A DNA stretch of 64,000 bases from an uncultured Nitrospinota bacterium. Lineage in GTDB: Bacteria; Tectomicrobia; Entotheonellia; J063; CAVPRW01. Shown here piece after piece: positions 1 through 10,016 of this stretch. Positions within the stretch are counted from its first letter, which is position 1. Every line of letters begins with the position of its first letter. Made by a program: the position numbers and the translations under genes. Where the stretch lies: contig CAVPRW010000031.1 of the NCBI GenBank assembly GCA_963707985.1, positions 417,081 through 481,080 on the forward strand, read 5' to 3'. Under the pieces are notes generated by a model, which did no database searches, was not told where the DNA came from, and saw only the letters and a list, made by a program, of their open reading frames with translations.

Positions 1-427
1 GTCCACGCTCATGCCGGTCAGGGTAGCGGCGAGGATCTTCTCAAGGTCTTTCATCGAGAGCTTCGCCATCGCCTCGCGGTTGCCGGACAGCACGGTCTTG
101 AAGGGTTCGACCTTGGCGAGCTCTGGCTTCGCCTTGACCACCGCCGGCACCCGCTCCAGGCAGTACATCACCTGCGAGTACATCGGGTGCTCGACCCACA
201 GCGTGCCATCCTGGTCGAAGGTGGCGATCCGTGCCTCGGGCGGCACGAACGTTGGGCTTGACTGGTCGGTGGTCGCCTGCACGAAGTCGACGATCGCCTG
301 CTTGGCGGGCCCGTCGTTCCACGAGGGCAGCGGGTCAGTCTGCGCTAACGCCTGTGCGCTGATGGCCAGCACAGCGACGAGCGTCGAGTAAGTGCCAACA
401 TCGGTGACGACGTGCTGCGAATCTCAT
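1..427 (-). CDS. Exported HAD-family hydrolase (5' part; continues beyond the left edge; apparent frameshift in the signal-peptide region)
   Basis: Minus frame reads ...AQALAQTDPLPSWNDGPAKQAIVDFV...RIATFDQDGTLWVEHP (HAD motif I DxDGT). ATG at 427 has an AGGAGG RBS but is one base out of frame. Not in the ORF track. Confidence 0.8.
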
Positions 428-474
428 GGCAACCTCCTTGTTCGATGGGTGGATAGAGATAGTACCCCGCCGCC

Positions 475-1002
475 CTACTGCATCCTCACGAAGACCACGT
501 CGAAGCGCTGCTGCAGGGCCGCTTGGAAATAGATGCCCGCGAGCTGGTCGCGCTGCGGATCATAGGTCAGCGTGTACGTGCTGCCGGGGTAGCCGGGGGC
601 GCGGAGCTCGACGAACACGTTCAACGTCGAGCCGTCGCGTGTGGCTTCGGCCCTGGCGACGGTGATCGGCCGGGGATTGAGATACACCGCATCGATCTTG
701 CCGCGGGCATCGACGTCCCGGATGTCGAGGATATAGCCGCCGTCGGGCCGGAGCCAGCGGCCGCTCAGCGCCCGAAAGCCAGACTCGGCCGAATCGGCAG
801 TCGCTGCCAGGGAACTCCTCGGTGCAGGCGCGGATGGCAGGGGCAAGCCCATGCCTCCTGGCTGTCGTCCTCGAAGCAGGACGAAGGTGGCGACGATCCC
901 CACCGCCAGGACAAGCGTCACGGTGAGGACAGGCACGCGTCGCACCCCCGACTTGGTGGGAGGTTTGCGGCTTGACGGCTGCTTGCGTTTGAGTTTGGTC
1001 AT
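475..1002 (-). CDS. Hypothetical membrane-anchored protein
   Basis: ATG 1002 with GAAGGGG RBS; one TM helix, then a compact domain (GRWLRPDGGY...YPGSTYTLTYD). Confidence 0.7.
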   Translation of the reverse strand: MTKLKRKQPSSRKPPTKSGVRRVPVLTVTLVLAVGIVATFVLLRGRQPGGMGLPLPSAPAPRSSLAATADSAESGFRALSGRWLRPDGGYILDIRDVDARGKIDAVYLNPRPITVARAEATRDGSTLNVFVELRAPGYPGSTYTLTYDPQRDQLAGIYFQAALQQRFDVVFVRMQ

Positions 1003-1018
1003 GGTCCCCTTCAAGTCC

Positions 1019-1179
1019 CTCACAAGGGTAGGTTTTTTCAGACACGACACTGACCCTGGGGCTTTTCTCCCTCTCCCACCGGGAGAGGGCGGGGGTGAGG
1101 GGGTCTTAGGCGATGGCACTATCCTTCCCTCACCCTAACCCTCTCCCAGAGGGAGAGGGGATGAAAAACCTACCCCAGA
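1019..1179. mobile_element. ~160-bp MITE-like element: inverted ends GGGTAGGTTTTT...AAAAACCTACCC enclosing two inverted boxC/REP-like palindromes (copy 1)
   Basis: Inverted ends at 1026 and 1175; internal CCCTCTCCC-n-GGGAGAGGG units; diverged reverse-complement copy at 39513-39672. Confidence 0.75.
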
Positions 1180-1390
1180 GAGCCCTCAAATCCTCCTCCA
1201 GGTGATGATCGCGACGAAGCTGCCACCGCCGCCGACATCGCTGAACATTTCAGGGTACCCTCAGTCACGACACCCACTGAAAACGGGGGCGGATCGGCGA
1301 TTCAGCTCACGACTGTCCCGAGATCGATTGGCGCCCAGGGCCATGATCCAAGGGAATTGTCTCCACCCCCTGCCGAATGGATTATACCGA

Positions 1391-2707
1391 CTAGAAGCGC
1401 ATCTGGACGCGTAACCCGGTCAGGAAGGCGGTGGTGGCACGTTTGCCCGCCGGTTCGATGACCTGGATATCCGGGGTCACAAAGAGCCAGTTGGTCGCCG
1501 CGATGTTGTAAAAGACTTCCAGCCCGATCTCGTCGCCCGAGAGGATGATCTCCGGCAGGTGGTTGCTGAAGTTGGTGTAGTAGAAGCCGATGCCATAGCG
1601 GTCCAGATCCCGCCCGGGGAGCATGCCCTGACCCGCGATCCCGAAGCTGTAGAACTGCTCGAGGATGTTGGTGTTCGGATCCCCAAGGCCAATCCGGCCA
1701 AAGATGCCGATGCCTTGTGACCCATCTGCGCTGTGTCGTATACAGGAACTGATCGAAGTTATAGTAGGCGGCCCAGGAGCCTGACGTGCTCACGAATCTG
1801 CACCTCACTGCGGACGTCGCTGAGCGGGATCTCCCCGCGGATGATACTGCCGACCGGGATCGCCTCGCGCGGATCTTGCGCCAGGGACGTGAACGTTTGG
1901 CTGCTCCAGATGCCGCCGATCAACTGATGCCCGGGCAGGCCGAAGGGTTTGATGCCCACCCGGAGCTCCGCGTCCAACACGACCCCCTCCTCGAACAGGG
2001 TATTGAAGCCTGCGCTATTGGCGGTCCCCCCCGGGCTCGCGGCGGTAAACGTGAACTGCGATCGACGTCGGTGGGGAGCACGATCAAGCCGGCGCCCAAC
2101 GTCGAATACGGGAAGGTATTGAAGAGCACCGGGTTCGGTCCGAAGCCGGTATTCATGAATTGCGTCTTCCACTCGTGGGCAAAGGCATTCATATCGCCGC
2201 CGAAGGTGTCGAGCTTGCCCAGGTAGATGCCGAACCACTTGGCCAGAAATTGGGTGAAGACGACGCTGGTGAGCGTGGTCGTCTCATCGAACGGCATGGG
2301 GTAGAGGGCCGCGGCGTTGGGGGGAAGCAGCGCCCCGGTGTGTTTCCCCTGCAGGTACGAGCCAAATTGGCTTTCCCCCATGATATGGAGAAAGCCGCCC
2401 GGCCACAGGCCCAGCTTGCCGGTATCGACGTTGAGACGTACTCGGCGTGCCCGCCATAGGGATAGCGGATGCTGTCGTGATTCCGGAACGATCCGCCGCT
2501 ATTGAGGCCCAGCACGCCTTGCACGAGGTCGACATCGAGGTTGATGCCGCGTTTCGCCATCGTGTTGCGGAAGCCGCCCCAATCGCCGGTGAGGGCTGGT
2601 CGGGACCACAGATCACCGCTGTAATCCTCGATTTGCGGGAGCTGGGCCCACGCCACGCTGCCCACCCATACGCCGATGACACACACATACACCCACAGCT
2701 GCTTCAT
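1391..2707 (-). pseudogene. Carbohydrate-selective porin (OprB family), split by several frameshifts
   Basis: Fragments: signal peptide + LTGDWGGFRNTMAKRGI; GESQFG...FTQFL...GKLDT; LPGHQLIGG; YYNFDQFL; C-terminal EVFYNIA...VTPDIQVIEP...GLRVQMRF with terminal Phe. Breaks may be sequencing errors. Confidence 0.8.
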
Positions 2708-2821
2708 GGTCCCTCCTCCGTTAGCCCTTCTCCAGTCAGCATGCGCTCAAGCGCCCCTCAATGTTGCCCTCGGCGCCAGAGTCCACACCCCAACGATGCT
2801 CGGCGTGGCTGGCCCAGTGGC

Positions 2822-4129
2822 CTAGCGTTGCCAGGGGGGCAGCACATTCTGGTGGATCGTCCAGCCGAGCGCGGCGAACTGGCGCTGGGCCTCTGGCGAC
2901 ATGCGCCCGGTGATCCAGAGGCTCCCTGAGGTTCCCTGCAGATCCGGCCGCCCGGCGAAGCCCGCCACCCGCTCGGTCCAGGCCACATAATCCACGGCTG
3001 CGGGGACGAGCGGTGCGCCACCCGGGGTCCACCCGATCACCGTGCCACTCGCCCCCACCTGGGCGAGTGGTGCCCCCGTCTGCTGTTGCGCCGCCAGCAT
3101 CTCTAGCGCGTTGGCCAGGAAGCGCGCCTGGTCCTCTGTGGTCGCGGTCGCCGCCAGCGCCACCACCGCCGGGCGCCCGTTGACGCCCGACAGGCGATCG
3201 AGCGCCGTCACCAGCGACGTCAGCACGCTCAACGAATACCAGGGGTTCTTCATGAGCGCCTGGGTATCCGGCTCGCTCGCACCCATATTGGTGAGCTGCT
3301 GCTGGTTACGGACGATGAGGTCGGCGGCCGGCGTGTCATAGATCAGGCTATTGGTGAACGTGGTCGCCGAGATGGCGATCGAGGCGGGCACGAACACACT
3401 GATGAGGGTGTTGACCCCGACCCGCCCGGAGAAGGCCACCCACGCCATGTCGTTGAGCTTCTTCGCCAGCACCGGGTTGGTGGTATAGGGGTCCACCCCG
3501 AGGCTCTTGGCCAGCGCCCGACGTTCCGCTTCGTAGCCGAACACATTGGCGGTGAGGCCCCCCACACGCCGGGCGATGAGCTCGGCCTGATCGGTGCTGC
3601 TCGGTGCCGGCGCCGACACGGCCGTATCGAGCTGCTGGGCGCCGAGCTCGACGCGACCAAAGAAGCGCTCGATTCCCCCGGACAGCCCTTGGGCCGTCTG
3701 AACAGGGTTCTCCAGTATGTTGGCCATGGACTCCACTGGGCGTGCCACGGCGTTGGCCGCGGCCTGCAGGAACACGTCACTCTTACTCATGCGCTCGATC
3801 TGGGCAATGGCCTGCAGCTCGCCCACCCGAATGCGCAGCATCTCCCGCCCATGCGCCTCGAAGGTGCCGACATCGGCGCGGATCGTGAAGTGCCCGAGCA
3901 TCCCCACGATGGGCACCTGGGGATCGACCGTAAACGCTGGCCCCTGGAGCAGATAGGGAGGTGCCAGCTCAGTCGCCGGGAGGACTGGTGGCGTTTCGAA
4001 GCCCGATTGGGCGTGGACGACCGGGCCCCGCCCGCCACCCCACCAGAGCATCGCTGCGGCCAGCGCCAGCGCGGCAGCCAAGCCCCAGCCCCGAACCTGT
4101 GTTCTGCCATTGAATGTTGTCGCCCTCAT
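2822..4129 (-). CDS. Exported hypothetical protein (435 aa)
   Basis: Long intact ORF, signal-peptide-like N-terminus, GGAG RBS. Confidence 0.8.
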   Translation of the reverse strand: MRATTFNGRTQVRGWGLAAALALAAAMLWWGGGRGPVVHAQSGFETPPVLPATELAPPYLLQGPAFTVDPQVPIVGMLGHFTIRADVGTFEAHGREMLRIRVGELQAIAQIERMSKSDVFLQAAANAVARPVESMANILENPVQTAQGLSGGIERFFGRVELGAQQLDTAVSAPAPSSTDQAELIARRVGGLTANVFGYEAERRALAKSLGVDPYTTNPVLAKKLNDMAWVAFSGRVGVNTLISVFVPASIAISATTFTNSLIYDTPAADLIVRNQQQLTNMGASEPDTQALMKNPWYSLSVLTSLVTALDRLSGVNGRPAVVALAATATTEDQARFLANALEMLAAQQQTGAPLAQVGASGTVIGWTPGGAPLVPAAVDYVAWTERVAGFAGRPDLQGTSGSLWITGRMSPEAQRQFAALGWTIHQNVLPPWQR

Positions 4130-4296
4130 GTGCGTGTCTCCCGTGGATCATCGGTGATGCTGATAGGCGGGGGTGCCACTAACTGCGCGGGGCGGCAGGC
4201 AGCACTGGCACCTGGTCGGTTTGATAGACGGCGATGATGCGCACATTCTGATAACGCTGATCTACCGTCAGAGACGCCCCCTTCGGGCTTAACATG

Positions 4297-4893
4297 TCAC
4301 CCAGGCCGTAGACCTTGATAGTATTTGTGTGGCACATTCACCAGGTACTGGTCGATGATCGGCTCGGGCGCCTGGGAGCGCTCCCGGCTCAGGCGTTCAT
4401 TGGTCTGCAGGCTCCCGGTGGCGGAGGCGCTGCCGATCAACACGAAGAGCACCTCACGGCCCCGGCTGTCGCGGGAGATATAATCGAGAAAGTTAATGAG
4501 CCGCTGCCCTTGCTCTGAGTTCTGTCGGAGCTCGGCCGAGCCGGTGGGGAAGAACAGGGTGATCTGGCCGGTGCCCTGCTCATTGGAGAGCTGCTCGATC
4601 ATGGAGAGGGCTTGTTGCGAGGTTTGTAAGTTTTTGCTTTCCGTGCCCTGCAGCTGCTGGTAATCCCGCATATTATTGTTGTTGGAGTCGACGACGATCT
4701 GCGCCAGCTCGCTGGCCTGGCGGCCTGAGGCCCCGCCGAAGGTCGTCCCATTCGGGAAGGTGACCGACTGTGGCGCTTGCGGTTGGGGGCCCTGCTGGGG
4801 GCTCTGCATGCTAAGTTGCTCAGTCTGACCGGCGCAACCGGCCAGCATTCCTGCGACGACGAGACCCAGGATTCCCGAGACGATGCTTTTCAT
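4297..4893 (-). CDS. Lipoprotein with OmpA-like C-terminal domain
   Basis: ATG 4893 with GGAG RBS; lipobox LAGC; LFFPTGSAEL...IGSASATGSLQTNERLSRERS resembles OmpA_C. The C-terminus may be truncated or frameshifted. Confidence 0.7.
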   Translation of the reverse strand: MKSIVSGILGLVVAGMLAGCAGQTEQLSMQSPQQGPQPQAPQSVTFPNGTTFGGASGRQASELAQIVVDSNNNNMRDYQQLQGTESKNLQTSQQALSMIEQLSNEQGTGQITLFFPTGSAELRQNSEQGQRLINFLDYISRDSRGREVLFVLIGSASATGSLQTNERLSRERSQAPEPIIDQYLVNVPHKYYQGLRPG

Positions 4894-4974
4894 AAATCTC
4901 TCCTTTCCTCTCACCGTGGAACACTCCAGCGATGGGTGGACCATGCGTCCACCCACTTCGGCCCTGCACGACAG

Positions 4975-5110
4975 TTGCAGGTCGGCAAACAGTGTGTCAC
5001 GCTCGGCGTCGATATCCGGCGCCGTATGATGCGTGGTTTGGCCGGTGGTGTAGCTCAGGCCAACCCGCGCATCGAACATGGCCGCCCCCACCCACACGCG
5101 GCGACCATCC
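4975..5110 (-). pseudogene. Relic of a LssY C-terminal domain
   Basis: RVWVGAAMFDARVGLSYTTGQTTHHTAPDIDAERDTLFADL resembles the LssY_C motif; no proper start. Confidence 0.6.
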
Positions 5111-5768
5111 GGATCGCACCCAACCGTACCATCGTAGCATCGTGTAGAACATCGGGCTTTAGACCCATGGTGATAGGACGTTCGTCCCATTCCCTGGGGA
5201 CGTGGGCTGCCGTGCGCTGGGCCAGAGCCGCCCACCGTACGCAGGGATGGACGGTCATCGTTAAAAATTTTTCAAGGTGACGGTGAAATTCTTTCTTGAG
5301 CAGGCGCACATCGAAATAGCCCGTCATGCCTAAGCTCCCAGACACAAACCGCCCGGTGATGCGCACGATGACACCGTTCTCGTTCTGGTACACGCGACTG
5401 CGTTCAGAGCCTCCCATGGCGCTCGTCACCTCCGGCGTCGCCTCGGTATACGTCCCAGCGAAGTCGGGGATATGCTCCAGGTGGTAGACATTGCCATACA
5501 GGGTCACCTGCTGGCCGCTGGCGGCAAAGCGATCGTTCCACTCGTTGAGCGTGAGCGCCTCCACCCGAAACTTATAGTCCATGAAATTGTCGGCGAGTCG
5601 GCCGTCGGCCCAACTCATCCCCATCCCTTGGGAGATCGACGTCGTCGTCACCTGAAAGCGCGCATCCGGCTTCGGCCCGGTGGCCTCGGGCGCGGCCGAC
5701 TGCGGCGGCGTGGCACAGCCCGCCACGCACATGAGGGTCAACACGGCCATGAGTAGGCTTATTCGCAT
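5055..5768 (-). CDS. Hypothetical lipoprotein (true C-terminus probably near 5280)
   Basis: AGGAGG RBS, lipobox VAGC; the tail after about residue 160 looks like non-coding read-through. Confidence 0.6.
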   Translation of the reverse strand: MRISLLMAVLTLMCVAGCATPPQSAAPEATGPKPDARFQVTTTSISQGMGMSWADGRLADNFMDYKFRVEALTLNEWNDRFAASGQQVTLYGNVYHLEHIPDFAGTYTEATPEVTSAMGGSERSRVYQNENGVIVRITGRFVSGSLGMTGYFDVRLLKKEFHRHLEKFLTMTVHPCVRWAALAQRTAAHVPREWDERPITMGLKPDVLHDATMVRLGAIRMVAACGWGRPCSMRGLA

Positions 5769-5871
5769 CGCATCCTCCTATCGTCGTCCATCGGGTTCAC
5801 TCCTGTCATCCTGCACGAGGGTCCAACACCGTTCTGATGGGCTCGCCTGTGAGGGACCACCAGCATCTCGA

Positions 5872-6063
5872 AATTGCCCCCTGCGCCGGGGGCTTCAAGC
5901 CGATCAGATGGCGCAGCAGGGTGCTCTTGCCGCAGCCACTGCCGCCCATGATGATGAAGATGTCGCCGCGCTGAATGGTGAAGGTGAGGTCATGCTGGAT
6001 GACAAGACTCCCATAGGCCATGGTCAGGTTCTTGATGGTGATATGGGGGTCTGCCTTTCGCAG
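5872..6063 (-). pseudogene. N-terminal fragment of an ABC ATPase (MlaF-like)
   Basis: HITIKNLTMAYG...IIMGGSGCGKSTLLRHLIGL (Walker A); similarity stops abruptly afterwards. Confidence 0.8.
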
Positions 6064-6128
6064 ACCCGCGTGTGAGTCCTAACCGATTGCTATAACGGCG
6101 CCATGTCAGGCACACGCTCGTGGCGCGC

Positions 6129-6335
6129 TCACGGCGAGTCCGATTGTGCTTGCACATCGTCCAGCACGCCGACCATGAATCCCAGCAACTCCTCCAGCGA
6201 GTGAAAGCGCGCCACCTGGCCCGAGACCAAATGCTCCACGCGGCCGTCATAGGACGACGATGTCCCGGTGGGCTGGGCACGAAATTGCACCACAAAGACC
6301 CGATTGGTTGGGAGAGACGGTTGGGACTGTGGCAC
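6129..6335 (-). CDS. Small hypothetical protein divergent from the wHTH-AAA regulator
   Basis: FVVQFRAQ...GRVEHLVSGQVARFHSLEELLGFM; GTG start at 6335 is tentative. Confidence 0.65.
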   Translation of the reverse strand: MPQSQPSLPTNRVFVVQFRAQPTGTSSSYDGRVEHLVSGQVARFHSLEELLGFMVGVLDDVQAQSDSP

Positions 6336-6520
6336 GCTCGCCCCCTGCCACGCCACGTCGGTGCATGGCCCTTTCAAGTTGTCCTTTTCATGACAGCAAT
6401 ATAGAATGGGCTGACCGTTCAGGGACACAGACAAAGTGTTAAATTATGGTGCAGAGACACCCCCCAAGCGTCAACATACTGTTCAAATACCGTTCAAGCT
6501 GAGCGCAGAGGAGCCTCCCC

Positions 6521-9415
6521 ATGGCACAGGAGCACCACCTCACCTTCGGGCCGTTCCGTCTCGATGTCACGCACGGCCGCCTGTGGCGAGGGGACCAGGT
6601 CATAATCCTGCGTCCCAGGACCTTGGCAATGCTCTGTTATCTGACCGCGCACCCCGGCCGCCTGGTGACCAAAGCCGAGTTGCGGCAGCACGTGTGGGCG
6701 GGGGTGCACGTCACGGACACGGTGCTACGGGTGTCAGTGCAGGAGATTCGGGCGGCATTGGGCGACGCGGCGGACGCGCCGCAGTACCTCGAAACGGTTG
6801 GACGAAAGGGCTATCGGTTTCTCGTCGGCGACGACCGGGAGGGCTTCCCCCCGCTGCTGGCCGGACCCCTCGTCGGTCGCCAATGCGAAGTCGACGCCTT
6901 GGAACAGTGTTTCCAGCACGCGGCCCATGGCGTCCGTCAGCTTGTTTTTGTCAGCGGCGAAGCGGGGGTGGGTAAGACGACGGTGGTGGAGCTGTGGCTG
7001 GCCCGCCTGGCCGCCGGGAGAGGGGTGCGGATCGCGCGGGGCCAGTGTGTCGAGCATTATGGGGAGGGGGAACCGTACCTGCCACTGTTGGAGGCGTTGG
7101 GGCAACTCAGCCGTGGGCCAGGTTCCCAGGACGTGGTGGCCGCCTTTCGGCGGTATGCGCCGATGTGGCTGGTCCAATGGCCATGGCTGCTGCCCGAGAC
7201 GGAGCTAGAGCGCCTGCAGCGCCAGCTCCAGGGGGCGACCTCGGCCCGCATGCTGCGCGAGCTCGCCGAGGCCCTCGACGTGCTGACCGCCGAGACGCCG
7301 CTGGTGCTGGTCCTCGAAGACCTGCACTGGAGTGATCCCCCCACCATCGAGTGTCTGAACTATGTGGCCCAGCGGCGGGTCCCCGCACGGCTGCTAGTGC
7401 TGGGGACCTATCGCCCGGTGGAGACCGCGATCCAGCAGCATCCGCTGCGGCATATCGTGCAGGAGCTGCGTGGGCGGGGACACGCGGTAGAATTGCGCCT
7501 GGAGTTGTTACCTGCCGAGGACGTATCAGCCTATGTCGCCGGGCGCCTGGGGGGGCCGGTGTCCACCCGACTCGCGGCCTTCATCTATGAGCGTACGGAG
7601 GGCCATGCGCTGTTCCTGGTGAACATCGTGGAGCACCTGGTGAGCCAGGGGCTGGTGGTGCGTCGCGAGGGGCAGTGGACACTCCGGGAAGGGAGTGAGG
7701 CCAAAGTGGGCAGCCTGCCGGAGGGGCTGCGGCAGTTGGTGGTCCGGCGCCTGGAGGATCTACCGTCCGAAGACCGGCGGGTGCTGGAGGCTGCCAGTGT
7801 GGCGGGCGAACAATTTACGGTGGCGGCGGTGGCGGCGGGGACCCAGTGCCCGGTGGAGGACGTCGAAGCGTCGTGTGAAGGGCTGGCGGCGCAGCGCCAG
7901 TTCCTCGCCGACATCGGCCTGCGGGAGTGGCCGGATGGGACTAGCAGTGGGCGCTACCAATTTCCGCATGCGCTCTACCGGCAGGTGCTGTATGAGGGGC
8001 TGGGGTCGGCGCGACGACGGCACTTGCACTACCGCATGGGCCTGCGCCTGGAGGCGGGGTATGGCGCGCAGACGGGGGAGGCCGCTGCCCAGTTGGCCGT
8101 CCACTTCGAGCGTGGCGGTGAGATCCCCAGGGCCGTCCACTATTGGCAGCAGGTGGGGGACAATGCCGCCCGGCGCAATGTCCATTCCGAAGCCATCGTC
8201 GCTCTCAACAAAGGGCTGACGCTCCTGGGAACCCTGCCGGAGAGCCCAGAGCGCACCCAGCACGAGCTCGCGCTGCAGCTCGACCTGGGGGAGCTGCTGA
8301 GGGCGACGAAGGGGGTGGGATCCCCGGCTGTGGGCGAGGCCTACACCCGGGCCTATACCCTCTGCCAGCAGACGGGGGAGACGTCGCAGCTCGCTCGAGT
8401 CCTCTGGGGGCTCTCGCAGTTTCAGATGAACCAGGGGCAGGTGGCTACCGCGGGGATGTTGGCTCAGCAACTGCTCGATCTGGCGCAGTGCCAGCCCGAC
8501 ACGGAGTTCTTGGTGGAGGGGCATTTTCTGATGGGGATGATGGCCTTCTATCGGGGGGACTTCCTCACCGCTAGGTCCCACCTGGAGCAGAGCTGGCGCC
8601 TGTCTGACACCTTACCGTCTCCAACCACGATCCTGCGTGGTGGATTTGTCGGTGGGGTCACCCCGCGCATCTCGCTGGCGCGGGTGCTGTGGGTGTTAGG
8701 CTATGCCGACGAGGCCCAGCAGCGAAGTCAGGAGGCCCTGGTGCTGGCCCGGCAGGGGGCACATCTCCCCAGTCTGGCCTATGCGGAATGCTTTGTGGGC
8801 CTCGTCTGCCAGTGCCGCCGAGATGTGGCGGCGACCCAGGCGCATGCCGACGCCTTGATGGCCCTGGCCGCCGCGCAACAATGGCCGCTCCGCGCCGAGC
8901 AGGGGCGCATCTTGCAGGGGTGGGCCCGGGCCATGCAAGGAGAGGCGGCCGCCGGCGTGGCGCTTCTCCGCCAAGCCTTGGCCTCTCATCACCTGGGACC
9001 AGCGGCACTGCGCCCCCATTGGCTGGCCTTGCTGGCCGAGGCATACGGCCGAGCCGGACAGCCCGAGTCTGGGCTCCAGGTCTTAGCTGAGGGCGTAGCG
9101 CTGTTGGCCACGACCGAGGCGTGGTGGTCGGAAGCCGAAATGTTGAGGTTGCAGGGAGAGTTACAGCTCCTCCTTACGAGCCCCGATGTCCCCCAGGCGG
9201 AAGCCTGCTTCCAGCAAGCCCTCGCCGTGGCCCGCGGCCAGCAGGCGAAGGCGTTGGAGCTGCGCGCGGCGCTCAGCCTGGGTCGGTTGTGGCAGCAGCA
9301 GGGTAAGCGGCAAGCCACCCGTGAGCTCCTGGCACCCATCTACGGCTGGTTCACCGAGGGCTTTGATACCGCGGACTTGCAGGAAGCGCAAGCGTTACTG
9401 ACGGCGTTGACCTAG
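6521..9415 (+). CDS. Winged-helix (OmpR/ToxR-type) + AAA ATPase + TPR-like regulator (STAND-like)
   Basis: N-terminal FGPFRLD...ETVGRKGYRF; Walker A GEAGVGKT; Walker B LVLEDLHW; C-terminal ELRAA...WFTEGFDTADL. Confidence 0.92.
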   Translation: MAQEHHLTFGPFRLDVTHGRLWRGDQVIILRPRTLAMLCYLTAHPGRLVTKAELRQHVWAGVHVTDTVLRVSVQEIRAALGDAADAPQYLETVGRKGYRFLVGDDREGFPPLLAGPLVGRQCEVDALEQCFQHAAHGVRQLVFVSGEAGVGKTTVVELWLARLAAGRGVRIARGQCVEHYGEGEPYLPLLEALGQLSRGPGSQDVVAAFRRYAPMWLVQWPWLLPETELERLQRQLQGATSARMLRELAEALDVLTAETPLVLVLEDLHWSDPPTIECLNYVAQRRVPARLLVLGTYRPVETAIQQHPLRHIVQELRGRGHAVELRLELLPAEDVSAYVAGRLGGPVSTRLAAFIYERTEGHALFLVNIVEHLVSQGLVVRREGQWTLREGSEAKVGSLPEGLRQLVVRRLEDLPSEDRRVLEAASVAGEQFTVAAVAAGTQCPVEDVEASCEGLAAQRQFLADIGLREWPDGTSSGRYQFPHALYRQVLYEGLGSARRRHLHYRMGLRLEAGYGAQTGEAAAQLAVHFERGGEIPRAVHYWQQVGDNAARRNVHSEAIVALNKGLTLLGTLPESPERTQHELALQLDLGELLRATKGVGSPAVGEAYTRAYTLCQQTGETSQLARVLWGLSQFQMNQGQVATAGMLAQQLLDLAQCQPDTEFLVEGHFLMGMMAFYRGDFLTARSHLEQSWRLSDTLPSPTTILRGGFVGGVTPRISLARVLWVLGYADEAQQRSQEALVLARQGAHLPSLAYAECFVGLVCQCRRDVAATQAHADALMALAAAQQWPLRAEQGRILQGWARAMQGEAAAGVALLRQALASHHLGPAALRPHWLALLAEAYGRAGQPESGLQVLAEGVALLATTEAWWSEAEMLRLQGELQLLLTSPDVPQAEACFQQALAVARGQQAKALELRAALSLGRLWQQQGKRQATRELLAPIYGWFTEGFDTADLQEAQALLTALT

Positions 9416-9632
9416 AGAGGGTTAGGGCCTGCGGGGAGACGTCTCAGCGTCCCTAGGCATGCATGCGTAACATGTGATGACGTGACCAGATCGTCGTGCC
9501 TCTGTCCCCTCACTTTCAGGTGACCGATTGATCTCATGAGCAGGTCACCCCCACTTACCTGTGGCAACCCTCATCGTTTTCCCGTCGATATCATCAAGCA
9601 CCGCGGCTAGAGCGGCTGCGTACACTTTTGAC

Positions 9633-9661
9633 TTGACACTGTGTCGAAGGGGGCATATCGT
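9633..9661 (+). promoter_or_regulatory. sigma70 promoter of tRNA-Gly
   Basis: TTGACA (9633-9638), 17-nt spacer, TATCGT (9656-9661). Confidence 0.7.
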
Positions 9662-9706
9662 AAGCGGCATCTGCCTCGATCGATTATTCGCTCGCATACG
9701 ATTGGA

Positions 9707-9781
9707 GCGGGAGTAATTCAGGGGTAGAATGCCAGCTTCCCAAGCTGGACGTGGCGGGTTCGAATCCCGTCTCCCGCTCCA
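9707..9781 (+). tRNA. tRNA-Gly (anticodon CCC)
   Basis: Acceptor stem GCGGGAG/CTCCCGC, anticodon arm CCAGC-TTCCCAA-GCTGG, T-loop TTCGAAT, encoded CCA. Confidence 0.97.
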
Positions 9782-10016
9782 TAATCGAACTACCAAGCCG
9801 GAACTTGCCAAAACTCCGATGGGTCATTATCCTGTCCCACATTAGCAAGCAACGGTCTTGGCTGCCCAGTGGTGCGCCCTCCCTCACCCTAGGGCCTGGC
9901 GATCAGTGGCGCGGAGATGAATCGTAAGACCACCCCTCCTCAGGACCAAGCGTCCATTCACGCCCGAGTATCTCGACGAACCTTAAACTCTCTATATCAC
10001 AGATGGGAGAGTTGCG

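Noticed and set aside
9415..9427. GAGAGGGTTAGGG matching the miniature element's palindrome
   Set aside because: Only 13 nt, with no partner arm or TIR.
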